DNA from: Acidobacteriota bacterium
Lineage (GTDB): Bacteria > Acidobacteriota > Thermoanaerobaculia > UBA5066 > Gp7-AA6
Reading direction: 5' to 3'
Assembly: GCA_027307335.1 (NCBI GenBank)
Contig: DAHUXD010000039.1
Span: 11,625 to 75,624, forward strand
DNA: 64,000 nucleotides
A model generated the notes under the pieces. The model searched no databases and was not told where the DNA came from. It was given only the letters and a program-made list of their open reading frames with translations. A program made the translations under genes and the position numbers. Shown here piece by piece: positions 26,970-35,983 of the stretch; within the stretch, counting starts at the first letter, position 1, and each line of letters starts with the position of its first letter.

Positions 26970-27920
26970 ATGGCCGACAGAAAAGTCATCGCGGTGGTGG
27001 GCGCGACGGGCGCGCAGGGCGGAGGCGTCGCGCGGGCGATCCTCGCCGACAAGACGGGCGGCTTCGCGGCGCGGGCGCTGACGCGCAAGCCCGACTCCGA
27101 TGCGGCTCGCGCGCTCGCGCAGCAGGGGGCAGAAGTCGTGCAGTGCGACACCGACGACGCCGAGTCGGTCCGCAAGGCGTTCCGCGGCGCGCACGGCGCG
27201 TACTGCGTGACGAACTACTGGGAGCACTTCTCGGTCGACCGGGAGCTCGCGCAGGCGAAGCACATGGCCGCGGCCGCGAAGGCAGAAGGCCTCGCCCACG
27301 TCGTCTGGTCGACGCTCGAGGACACCCGGAAGTGGGTGCCGCTCTCGGATGCGCGGATGCCGACGCTCTTCGGCAAGTACAAGGTGCCGCACTTCGACGG
27401 GAAGGGCGAGGCGGACGGGATCTTCCGGGCCTCGGGCGCGCCCACGACGTGCATGCTGACGTCGTTCTACTGGGACAACCTCATCCACTTCGGGATGGGT
27501 CCGAAGCGCGGTCCGGACGGGCGGCTCGCCATCACGTTTCCGATGGCCGACAAGAAGCTTCCGGGCATCGCCGTCGAGGACATCGGCAAGTGCGCGTACG
27601 GGATCTTCCGGCGCGGCGGCGAGTTCGTCGGCAAGACCGTCGGCATCTCCGGCGAGCAGCTGACCGGAACGGAGATGGCCGCGAAGCTCTCGAAGGCGCT
27701 CGGACAGGAAGTCGTTTACAACGCCGTGCCGCCCGACGTCTACCGTGGTTTCGGATTCCCGGGCGCCGAGGACCTCGGCAACATGTTCCAGTTCAAGCGC
27801 GACTTCGAGGATTACTACTGCGGCGCGCGGAGCGTCGCGTTCTCGCGGCAGCTGAACCCGCAGCTCCTCTCGTTCGAAGCCTGGCTGGCGAAGTACAAGG
27901 ACCGGATTCCGCTCGGGTAG
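26970..27920 (+). CDS. NmrA/HSCARG family NAD(P)-binding protein
   Basis: VVGATGAQGG, VWSTL, VPHFDGK; GGAGG RBS. Confidence 0.92.
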   Translation: MADRKVIAVVGATGAQGGGVARAILADKTGGFAARALTRKPDSDAARALAQQGAEVVQCDTDDAESVRKAFRGAHGAYCVTNYWEHFSVDRELAQAKHMAAAAKAEGLAHVVWSTLEDTRKWVPLSDARMPTLFGKYKVPHFDGKGEADGIFRASGAPTTCMLTSFYWDNLIHFGMGPKRGPDGRLAITFPMADKKLPGIAVEDIGKCAYGIFRRGGEFVGKTVGISGEQLTGTEMAAKLSKALGQEVVYNAVPPDVYRGFGFPGAEDLGNMFQFKRDFEDYYCGARSVAFSRQLNPQLLSFEAWLAKYKDRIPLG

Positions 27921-27930
27921 GTACGGACCG

Positions 27931-28305
27931 ATGATCCAGGGACTGCGGACCGTCATCTACAAGGTGCCGGACCTCGAGGCCGCGAAGGCGTGGTACGCGC
28001 GCGTCCTCGGGATCGAGCCGTACTTCGCGGAGCCTTTCTACGTGGGTTTCCGCGTCGGCGGCTTCGAGCTCGGCCTCGATCCGGACCTCACGGAGGGCGG
28101 CCGTCCGGGCGAAGGCATGGTCGCCTACTGGGGCGTCGCGGACACGAAAGCGGAGTACGAGCGCCTGACGAAGGACGGCGCGGCCGCGCACACCCCACCG
28201 CGCGAAGTGGGCGGCGGCATCGTGGTCGCCGCGGTCGAGGACCCGTTCGGTAACGTCTTCGGGATCATCCAGAATCCGCACTTCTCGCTTGCGGACGTCC
28301 GGTAG
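27931..28305 (+). CDS. VOC family protein
   Basis: LRTVIYKVPDL, YVGF.VGGFELGL, DPFGNVFGII. Confidence 0.9.
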   Translation: MIQGLRTVIYKVPDLEAAKAWYARVLGIEPYFAEPFYVGFRVGGFELGLDPDLTEGGRPGEGMVAYWGVADTKAEYERLTKDGAAAHTPPREVGGGIVVAAVEDPFGNVFGIIQNPHFSLADVR

Positions 28306-28316
28306 ACGGTCGATGC

Positions 28317-28856
28317 ATGGTCTCGATCCGTCTCGCGACGCCGCAGGACGTGCCCGCGCTGAGGGAGCTCATCCCGGTCTCCGCGCGCGCCCTGTCGCGT
28401 GGCTTCTACACGGACGCGGAGACCGAGAGCGCGATCCGTCACGTCTTCGGCCCGGACAGCCGCCTCATCGCCGACGGGACCTACTTTGTCGCCGAGGAGG
28501 ACGGCGTCCTCGCGGGCTGCGGCGGCTGGAGCCGGCGGCGCACGCTGTACGGCGGCGACCAGACGAAGTCGGGCGAGGAGCCGCTCCTCGATCCGGCGCG
28601 GGAGCCGGCCAAGGTCCGCGCGTTCTTCGTGCATCCAAACTTCGCGCGCCGCGGCGTGGGCACGCGGATCCTCGAGGCCTGCCTCGCGGCCGCGCGGGCG
28701 GCCGGCTTCCGGAAGGTCGAGCTCGCCGCGACGCTGCCCGGCGTGCCGTTCTACGCGGCGCGCGGCTTCGTCGAGCGCGAGCGCCTCGCGGCGCCGATGG
28801 CCGACGGGCGCGGGCTTCCCATCGTGCGCATGGAGCGCGAGATTGACGGCGGCTGA
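28317..28856 (+). CDS. GNAT family N-acetyltransferase
   Basis: VRAFFVHPNFARRGVG, ATLPGVPFY..RGF. Confidence 0.9.
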   Translation: MVSIRLATPQDVPALRELIPVSARALSRGFYTDAETESAIRHVFGPDSRLIADGTYFVAEEDGVLAGCGGWSRRRTLYGGDQTKSGEEPLLDPAREPAKVRAFFVHPNFARRGVGTRILEACLAAARAAGFRKVELAATLPGVPFYAARGFVERERLAAPMADGRGLPIVRMEREIDGG

Positions 28857-29664
28857 GCGGACGGACGAGCCGCGACTCGCGCTCGTCGGATTCCGGTCCG
28901 ACGAGAACTCCTCGTTCCTGCGCGGCGCCGCCGAGGCGCCGCCGCTCATCCGGAGCGCGCTCGCCTCGGACTCCTCGAACGCGTGGTGCGAGAACGGCCG
29001 CGAGCTGACGGGCTCGACCTTCCACGACGCGGGCGACTTCGCCGCGCCCCCGGGCGCCACCATGCTCGCGACGATCGAGGCCGCCATCGGCGCTCTGCTC
29101 GACCGGGGGCTGCGGCCGATCTCGCTCGGCGGCGACCACGCGATCACCTATCCGATCCTTCGCGCCTTCGCGAAGCGCCATCCGCGGCTTTCGATTCTCC
29201 ACGTCGACGCGCACCCGGACCTCTACGACGAGTTCCAGGGCAACCGGCTCTCGCACGCGTGCCCCTTCGCGCGGATCATGGAGGAGGGCCTCGTTCAGCG
29301 GCTCGTCCAGGTGGGCCTGCGCACCATCAACGGGCACCAGCGAGCCCAGATCGCTCGCTTCGGCGTGGAGGCGATCGAAATGAAACAGTTCCGCGACGGC
29401 ATCGACGTCGCGTTCGACGGGCCCGTGTACGTCAGCATCGACCTCGACGGGCTCGATCCGGCGTTCGCGCCGGGCGTCTCGCACCGCGAGCCCGGCGGGC
29501 TCTCGACGCGGCAGACGCTCGACGTGATCGCCGGCGTGCGGGCGCCGGTCGTCGGGGCGGACGTCGTCGAGTTCAACCCCCGCATGGACCCGACCGGCAT
29601 GACGGCGATGGTCTGTGCCAAGCTCGTGAAGGAGCTCGCGGGAAAAATGCTGGAGACCACATGA
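28843..29664 (+). CDS. speB: Agmatinase (ureohydrolase/arginase family)
   Basis: GGDHAIT, DAHPDL, SHACPF, SIDLDGLDP..APG, VVEFNP. Confidence 0.8.
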   Translation: MTAAERTDEPRLALVGFRSDENSSFLRGAAEAPPLIRSALASDSSNAWCENGRELTGSTFHDAGDFAAPPGATMLATIEAAIGALLDRGLRPISLGGDHAITYPILRAFAKRHPRLSILHVDAHPDLYDEFQGNRLSHACPFARIMEEGLVQRLVQVGLRTINGHQRAQIARFGVEAIEMKQFRDGIDVAFDGPVYVSIDLDGLDPAFAPGVSHREPGGLSTRQTLDVIAGVRAPVVGADVVEFNPRMDPTGMTAMVCAKLVKELAGKMLETT

Positions 29665-30128
29665 ACCGGAGAATCGTGATGCGGACGGTCCTCGTCCTGG
29701 CGGTCGTCCTGGTGCTGATGCAGTTCGTGCCCGTCGACCGGACGAACCCGCCTCTCGGGGGCGAGGTCCCGGCGCCGGCGGAGGTGCGGGCGATCCTGAA
29801 GCGGGCCTGCTACGACTGCCACTCGAACGAGACGGTGTGGCCCTGGTACGGGAGGGTCGCTCCCTTCGACTGGCTCATGGAGCGGGACGTGCGCGAGGGA
29901 AGACGCGAGGTGAACTTCTCGACGCTGGCGGATGCCCCGCTGAAGCGCCGCCAGCGCAAGTGGATGGAGATTCCCGAGCAGGTCGAGAAGCGCGAGATGC
30001 CGCCGTGGTTCTATACCGCCGTCCATCCCGAGGCGCGCCTGTCCGACGCCGACCGCGCCGCGCTCGTCCGGTGGGCGCAGGAGAACGGGCGCCGCGACGG
30101 GCCGCCGGCGCCGCCGCCCGCGCGGTGA
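29661..30128 (+). CDS. Heme-binding domain protein (c-type cytochrome, Haem_bd)
   Basis: CYDCH heme motif, WPWY, EMPP, N-terminal TM. Confidence 0.88.
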   Translation: MNRRIVMRTVLVLAVVLVLMQFVPVDRTNPPLGGEVPAPAEVRAILKRACYDCHSNETVWPWYGRVAPFDWLMERDVREGRREVNFSTLADAPLKRRQRKWMEIPEQVEKREMPPWFYTAVHPEARLSDADRAALVRWAQENGRRDGPPAPPPAR

Positions 30129-30877
30129 CCGGCGCGGCGCTCCGACTCCGTTTCTGGCACCGGGCGCTCAAGGCCCGCCTCCGGGATCAGAGCGCCGAGA
30201 TCCGCGCGCTCGCCGAGGCGATCCGGCCGGGCGAGGCCGCGGCCGACGTCGGCGCGAACAAGGGCGCGTACCTGCCGTGGCTGTCGCGCGCCGCGGGACC
30301 GGAGGGCCGCGTCTTCGCCTTCGAGCCCCAGGGGGATCTCGCCGGCTACCTCGAGCGCGTCTGCCGCGCCGCCTCGCTCGACAATGTCCGCGTCGAGGCG
30401 GCGGGCGTCTCCGACGAGGCGGGGCGGCGCCGGCTGCACGTGCCGGGCGGCGACGGCCCCTCGCCGGGCGCCTCGTTCGAGCCCTCGGTCGCCGCCGCGT
30501 CGCCGGGCCGGGAGGTCGATGCGAGGATCGTCGCGCTCGACGAATACCTGGCGGGCGAGCGTCGGCGTCTCGCGGCGCTGAAGGTGGACGTCGAGGGCCA
30601 CGAGCTCGCCGTGTTCCGCGGCGCGCGCGGCCGCATCGAGTCGGACGGGCCGCTCGTCGTCTTCGAGAGCGAGACGCGCCACGCGGGGGAGGATGGCGTC
30701 GCCCGGGCGCTCGCCTTCTTCGCCGAGCGCGGGTACGAGGGCTCGTTCGTGCGGCGGGGGAGGCTCCTGCCCGTCGCGGCGTTCGACCCCGCGGTCCACC
30801 AGCGCCGCGGGCCGGGCCGGTTCTGGGACGCGAAGGACTACTGCAACAACTTCGTCATGCGGAGGAGGCGCGGATAG
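30125..30877 (+). CDS. FkbM family methyltransferase
   Basis: DVGANKG, VFAFEP, LKVDVEGHE. Confidence 0.9.
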   Translation: MTGAALRLRFWHRALKARLRDQSAEIRALAEAIRPGEAAADVGANKGAYLPWLSRAAGPEGRVFAFEPQGDLAGYLERVCRAASLDNVRVEAAGVSDEAGRRRLHVPGGDGPSPGASFEPSVAAASPGREVDARIVALDEYLAGERRRLAALKVDVEGHELAVFRGARGRIESDGPLVVFESETRHAGEDGVARALAFFAERGYEGSFVRRGRLLPVAAFDPAVHQRRGPGRFWDAKDYCNNFVMRRRRG

Positions 30878-30887
30878 TATTCCGGCG

Positions 30888-31373
30888 ATGAGCGAGGGCG
30901 GATCGGCGCGCGCGCTCCTGCGGCACACCGTCGCGACGCTGGCATACCGCGGCGGCAAGGCGCTGCGGGGAGCGCCCGAGGGCTTCGCCGAATTCCGCGC
31001 CGGCGCGACCACGCGCACGCCGGCGCAGATCCTCGCCCACGTCGGCGACCTGCTCGACTGGGCGGTGGCGCTGGCGCGCGGCGAGAAGGTCTGGAAGGAC
31101 TCGCCGCCCCTCTCCTGGGACGCGGGCTCCCGGCGCTTCTTCGACGGGCTCGAGCGGTTCGATGCGCTGCTGGCCTCGGACGCGCCGCTCGCGGCGATCC
31201 CGGAGAAGCTCTTCCAGGGACCGGTCGCGGACGCGCTCGCGCACGTCGGTCAGATCGCGCTCCTGCGGCGCCTCGCGCAGGCGCCGGTGCGCGGCGAGAA
31301 CTATTACAAGGCCGACATCGCGGCGGGACGCGTCGGCGAGGAGCAGGCGCCGCCCCGGCTGGAGTTCGAGTGA
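30888..31373 (+). CDS. DinB-like hypothetical protein
   Basis: RTPAQILAHVGDL, DALAHVGQIALLRR. Confidence 0.7.
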   Translation: MSEGGSARALLRHTVATLAYRGGKALRGAPEGFAEFRAGATTRTPAQILAHVGDLLDWAVALARGEKVWKDSPPLSWDAGSRRFFDGLERFDALLASDAPLAAIPEKLFQGPVADALAHVGQIALLRRLAQAPVRGENYYKADIAAGRVGEEQAPPRLEFE

Positions 31374-31558
31374 GGGCGCCGCTCCGCTGCTGGAGCTGCG
31401 GCGTCGAAAACGACCTCGACGTCTCGCAGACGTGCCGCTCCTGCGGCGCGCCGCTCGTGAAGAGCCGCGCGCTCTTCTCGAAGCCGCTGATCTTCGGGAT
31501 CGTCGTCGGTTTCCTGCTCCTGCAGGCCTTCTGCATCCTCGGCCGGCTGCCGCGATGA
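31370..31558 (+). CDS. Small zinc-ribbon membrane protein (62 aa)
   Basis: CWSC...CRSC plus C-terminal TM; 4-nt overlaps with both neighbours. Confidence 0.7.
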   Translation: MRAPLRCWSCGVENDLDVSQTCRSCGAPLVKSRALFSKPLIFGIVVGFLLLQAFCILGRLPR

Positions 31559-32916
31559 CCGAGGGCCGCTTCGCCCTCGAACGCGCCGGCCTCGACGCGC
31601 TCCGGGCCGCCCTCGACCGGCTCGACGAGGGCTTCGCCGCCCTGCCGGCGCTCGAGGCTGCGAGCGACGGCGATGCCGCCGCGCTTCGACGTGTGCTGCT
31701 CGAGACCGCCGCGCGTCTGACCGACAACTATCCCTACTTTCACCCGCTCTACGCCGGTCAGATGCTCAAGCCGCCCGATCCGGTCGCGCGCCTCGCCTAC
31801 GCGCTCGCCACCTGGATCAATCCGAACAACCACGCGCTCGACGGCGGCCGCGCGAGCTCGGCGATGGAGAAGGAGGCGGTGGCGGACCTCGCGAAGATGT
31901 TCGGCTGGGACGAGCATCTCGGCCACCTCTGCGGCGGCGGCACGATGGCGAACCTCGAGGCGCTCTGGGCGGCGGGCCGGCTCGCGCCGGGAGCCGTCCT
32001 CGCTTCGGCGCAGGCGCACTACACCCACGAGCGCATCTCGGCCGTGCTCGGCCTGCCCTTCGAGGAAGTTGCCGCCGACCGCTTCGGCCGTCTCGACGCG
32101 GAGGCGCTCGCGCGCCGGCTCGAGCGAGGCGGCGTCGGCACCGTCGTCGCGACGCTCGGCACGACGGCGACCGGTTCCGTCGATCCGCTGCCCGGAATCC
32201 TGCGCCTAAAGGAGCGGCACGGCTTCCGCCTGCACGTGGACGCCGCGTACGGCGGCTACTTCCGCCTGGCGGAGAACCTCGACGCGCCGGCGCGGCAGGC
32301 CTTCGATGCGATCGGCGAGGCGGACTCGATCGTCGTCGACCCGCACAAGCACGGCCTCCAGCCGTACGGCTGCGGGTGCGTGCTCTTCCGCGATCCGTCG
32401 GTCGGCCGGCTCTACCGGCACGACTCGCCGTACACCTACTTCAGCTCGTCGGAGCTCCACCTCGGCGAGATCAGCCTCGAGTGCTCGCGGCCCGGGGCGA
32501 GCGCGGTGGCGCTCTGGGCCACGATGCGGATGCTGCCGCTCGAGCGGCGCGGCACGTTCGCCCGCCGGCTCGAGGACTCGCGCGCCGCGGCGCTCGATCT
32601 GCACGCGCGCCTCGCGAAAGACCCGCGCTTCCTTCCGGCGTTCCGCCCCGAGCTCGACATCGTGGTCTGGCTCGTTCGGGACGCGAGCCTGACCGCGTGC
32701 TCGGCCCGGGCCCGACGCGTGTTTGCCGCGGCCGCGCGCCGGAACCTCCACCTCGCCCTGGCGGAGCTGCCCGCGGCGTTCCTTGACCTTGAGGGCGCGG
32801 GCATCGCCCGGGACCGCGACACGGTGACGTGCCTGCGCTCGGTCCTGATGAAGCCCGAGCACCGGGAGTGGGTCGGCGCGATCTGGGCCGCGCTCGACGC
32901 GGCGGCGGGCGCGTGA
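31555..32916 (+). CDS. PLP-dependent group II amino-acid decarboxylase
   Basis: GGTMANL, GTTATGSVD, HVDAAYGG, DPHK (PLP Lys). Confidence 0.9.
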   Translation: MTEGRFALERAGLDALRAALDRLDEGFAALPALEAASDGDAAALRRVLLETAARLTDNYPYFHPLYAGQMLKPPDPVARLAYALATWINPNNHALDGGRASSAMEKEAVADLAKMFGWDEHLGHLCGGGTMANLEALWAAGRLAPGAVLASAQAHYTHERISAVLGLPFEEVAADRFGRLDAEALARRLERGGVGTVVATLGTTATGSVDPLPGILRLKERHGFRLHVDAAYGGYFRLAENLDAPARQAFDAIGEADSIVVDPHKHGLQPYGCGCVLFRDPSVGRLYRHDSPYTYFSSSELHLGEISLECSRPGASAVALWATMRMLPLERRGTFARRLEDSRAAALDLHARLAKDPRFLPAFRPELDIVVWLVRDASLTACSARARRVFAAAARRNLHLALAELPAAFLDLEGAGIARDRDTVTCLRSVLMKPEHREWVGAIWAALDAAAGA

Positions 32917-33389
32917 CGGTCGCGGTGCGGCCCGCGCGGCCGGACGACCGCGACTTCGTCCTGGCGACGGCGGTCGAGCTCGTCGCCTTCGGTCCGCCCG
33001 GGTGGCGCACGCCCGAGGAGGTCGTCGAGGGCGAGGCGAAAACGCTGAGCGCCTGGTTCGCCGCTCCTCCGCCGGGATCGGCGCTGCTCGTGGCCGAGGA
33101 AGACGGGCGTCCGCTCGGCTTCGCGTACCTCGAGACGCTGCGGGACTACTTCCTGGAGGAGGAGCACGGGCACATCGGGATCCTCGCCGTGACGAAGGAG
33201 GCCCAGGGCCGCGGCGCGGGGGGCGCGCTTCTCGAGGCGGCCGAGGCGTGGGCACGCGGCCGGGGCTACGGCAGGCTGACGCTGCACGTGTTTGAGCGCA
33301 ACGCCCGGGCGCGCGCCGTCTACGCCCGGCGCGGCTATCAGCCCGAGTCGCTGAAATACGTGAAGCTCCTCGGCGAGCCGCCGGCGTGA
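32913..33389 (+). CDS. GNAT family N-acetyltransferase
   Basis: LAV..AQGRGAG, LTLHVFERNARARAVY..RGY. Confidence 0.9.
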   Translation: MTVAVRPARPDDRDFVLATAVELVAFGPPGWRTPEEVVEGEAKTLSAWFAAPPPGSALLVAEEDGRPLGFAYLETLRDYFLEEEHGHIGILAVTKEAQGRGAGGALLEAAEAWARGRGYGRLTLHVFERNARARAVYARRGYQPESLKYVKLLGEPPA

Positions 33390-33877
33390 AGACCGAGCCC
33401 GTGCCGGCGACGTCCGCCGTGCGGGCCCTCCGCGCGGCCGGCGTCCCGTTTGCACCCCGCTTCTACGCGTACGTCGAGAAAGGCGGCACGCGCCACTCCG
33501 CGGAGGCGCTCGGGGTGCCCGAGCACGAGGTCGTCAAGACGCTCGTGATGGAGGGGCGGCGGTCCGCGGGCCCGGAGCCGCTCCTGATCCTCATGCACGG
33601 CGACCGCGAGGTCTCCACGAAGCGGCTCGCGCGCCAGATCGGCGCACGCGAGGTCGCGCCGGCGAGCCCGGACGCCGTCGAGAAGCACACGGGCTACGTC
33701 CCGGGCGGCGTCTCGCCGTTCGGAACGCGCAAGAGGCTGCCCGTGTACGTCGAGCGCTCGGTCCTCTCGCTGCCGCGCGTGCTCGTCAACGGCGGGCGGC
33801 GCGGGTTCCTCGTCGAGGTCGATCCGGCGGCGTTCGCGACGGTGCTCGGCGCGATTCCGGTCGAGGTCGCCATATGA
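33386..33877 (+). CDS. ybaK: Cys-tRNA(Pro) deacylase, YbaK/EbsC family
   Basis: VVKTLVM, TGYVPGGVSPFG, NGGRRG. Confidence 0.85.
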   Translation: MKTEPVPATSAVRALRAAGVPFAPRFYAYVEKGGTRHSAEALGVPEHEVVKTLVMEGRRSAGPEPLLILMHGDREVSTKRLARQIGAREVAPASPDAVEKHTGYVPGGVSPFGTRKRLPVYVERSVLSLPRVLVNGGRRGFLVEVDPAAFATVLGAIPVEVAI

Positions 33878-33905
33878 TCGGCGCCAGATTCGCAAGGAGG
33901 AAGGG

Positions 33906-34379
33906 ATGAGGATTCGCTTTTCGGCAGGGGCCCTGATTCTGTCGGCTCTCGGATTCGCGTCGGCCGTGTTTGCTGCGGACGGTCCCGAGGCACTCGACGC
34001 CGCGTGGGTGAAGGCGATGAAGGCGCAGGATGCCAATGCCGTCGCCGCCCTCTACGCGCCCGATGCCGTGCTCTGGATGCCCGGCGCGCCCGAGGCCCGA
34101 GGGGCGAAGGCGATCCACGACGAATACGCGGGCTTGCTCGGCACCTACACGGTCACCGACGTCTCCCTCACCGACGGACACTACGAGACGGTCCAGAACA
34201 TCGGCGTGGCCTCGGGACACTTCATGATGACGCTGCAGCCGAAGGCCGGAGGCGCTCCCACGATCATGGGCGGGCGCTACTCCAGCGTCGCCAAGAAGAT
34301 CGACGGCCAGTGGCGCTACGTGGTCGACCACGCTTCCGTCGAACCGCCGCCCGCCGCGAAGCCCGCCGCGACGAAGTAG
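33906..34379 (+). CDS. Secreted NTF2-like / DUF4440 protein
   Basis: Signal peptide; LYAPDAV, GRY, WRYVVDHAS. Confidence 0.85.
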   Translation: MRIRFSAGALILSALGFASAVFAADGPEALDAAWVKAMKAQDANAVAALYAPDAVLWMPGAPEARGAKAIHDEYAGLLGTYTVTDVSLTDGHYETVQNIGVASGHFMMTLQPKAGGAPTIMGGRYSSVAKKIDGQWRYVVDHASVEPPPAAKPAATK

Positions 34380-34392
34380 GCGTCCCCTCGCC

Positions 34393-35010
34393 GTGAGCGC
34401 CGCGGCCGACGAGAAGGAGACGGGGCGGATCGAGGCCTTCAGCGACGGCGTCTTCGCCATCGCGGTCACCCTTCTCGTGCTCGAGCTGAAGGTCCCGCAC
34501 CTCGCCGACGGCGGGGCGGACGGTTCGCTCGGCCGCGCGCTCCTGGCGCAGTGGCCCTCCTACGTCGCGCTCGTCACGAGCTTCTTCACGATCCTGGTGA
34601 TGTGGGCGAACCATCACCGCGTCTTCGAGCTCGTCCACCGCGTCGACGCGCCGTTTCTCTACGCGAACGGGCTGCTCCTCCTCGTGGTCACGGTGGTGCC
34701 GTTCCCGACGGCGCTCCTCGCCGAGTACTTCCGCAAGCCGGGCGCGTCGGTCGCCGCGGCGGTCTACGCCGGCACCTACGTCGTGGCGGGAGTGGCCTTT
34801 CAGCTCTTCTGGCGCACCGCGATCTCCGGACGCCGGCTCCTGAAGCGCAACTACTCGGAGGAGCGCGTCCAGGAGATCAGCCGGAGGTACTGGGTGGGCG
34901 TGCCCGGCTACGCGGCGGCCACGATCGCGGCGTTCGTCAGCGTGTATCTGACCGTCGCGATCTGCGTCGCGCTGCTCGTCGTCTGGATCGCCGTCTCGAG
35001 GAGGGGGTAG
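34393..35010 (+). CDS. TMEM175 family potassium channel
   Basis: RIEAFSDGVFAIAVTLLVLEL signature; W.NHH; PFPT. Confidence 0.92.
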   Translation: MSAAADEKETGRIEAFSDGVFAIAVTLLVLELKVPHLADGGADGSLGRALLAQWPSYVALVTSFFTILVMWANHHRVFELVHRVDAPFLYANGLLLLVVTVVPFPTALLAEYFRKPGASVAAAVYAGTYVVAGVAFQLFWRTAISGRRLLKRNYSEERVQEISRRYWVGVPGYAAATIAAFVSVYLTVAICVALLVVWIAVSRRG

Positions 35011-35041
35011 GGGTCTCTTGAAGGAAGGAGGAAGCGTGACG

Positions 35042-35938
35042 ATGCCACGATGGTCTCGGGACACGGCCTTCGCGGCCGTGGTGGTGCTCGCGGCGGCCGC
35101 GCTCCGCGCTCAGTCACCGGCGCCGCTCAAGGTCCTCATCTCGGCCGACATGGAGGGCGTCGGCGGCGTCAGCACGTGGTCGGTGCAGGCCGGCTCGAAG
35201 GGGCGCGAGTACGAGAAGTTCCGCGAGCTGATGACGAAGGAGGTCAACGCCGCGGTCGAGGGCGCCTTCGCGGCCGGCGCGACGGAGGTCGTGGTCGGCG
35301 ACTCGCACGGGGACGCCCAGAACATCGACGTGGAGCTGCTCGACAAGCGAGCGCGCCTGATCCGCGCCTGGCCGCGGCCGCTCGCAATGATGCAGGGCAT
35401 CGACGCGACGTTCGGGGCCGTGGTCTTCGTCGGCTACCACGCCGCGGAGGGGCGTCCGGCGGCGACGCTGTCGCACTCCTTCAGCGGCACGATCGAGGTC
35501 GAGCTCGACGGCGTGCCGGTGCCGGAGGCCGGTTTCAACGCCGCGATCGCCGGCGACTTCGGCGTGCCGGTCGTCTTCCTCTCCGGCGACCAGACGATCT
35601 GCGGCGACGCGAAGAAGCTGTTCGGGCCGATCGAGACGGCCGTCGTCAAGGAGGCGACCGGCTTCTACTCGGCCACGATGATCCACCCGGAGGAGGCGCA
35701 GCGGCTCATCCGCGAGGGCGTGCGGCGCGGCGTCGCACGGCGCGGCGAGCTGAAGCCCTACCGCATCGCGCATCCGGTGACGCTGCGGATCCGCTACAAC
35801 TCGGTCGTCGAGGCCGAGGTGGTGGCGATGCTGCCGGGCGTCGAGCGGCCCGCCGGCAACGTCATCGTGTTCCGCGGCCGCGACATGGTCGAGGTGTCGA
35901 AGTTCTTCGAGGCGATCTCGAACATCCGGGTCCAGTGA
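35042..35938 (+). CDS. M55 family D-aminopeptidase (DppA-like), with signal peptide
   Basis: ISADMEG, DSHG, GYHA, SH, SGD. Confidence 0.9.
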   Translation: MPRWSRDTAFAAVVVLAAAALRAQSPAPLKVLISADMEGVGGVSTWSVQAGSKGREYEKFRELMTKEVNAAVEGAFAAGATEVVVGDSHGDAQNIDVELLDKRARLIRAWPRPLAMMQGIDATFGAVVFVGYHAAEGRPAATLSHSFSGTIEVELDGVPVPEAGFNAAIAGDFGVPVVFLSGDQTICGDAKKLFGPIETAVVKEATGFYSATMIHPEEAQRLIREGVRRGVARRGELKPYRIAHPVTLRIRYNSVVEAEVVAMLPGVERPAGNVIVFRGRDMVEVSKFFEAISNIRVQ

Positions 35939-35983
35939 GGCGCCGAGCCGCTGTCGCGCCCAGGCCGGCGGAGGCGTTCCTCG

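Noticed and set aside
28843..32916. Dedicated polyamine pathway (agmatinase + decarboxylase)
   Set aside because: The genes are separated by unrelated ORFs, and the decarboxylase is a group II type with no evidence of arginine specificity.
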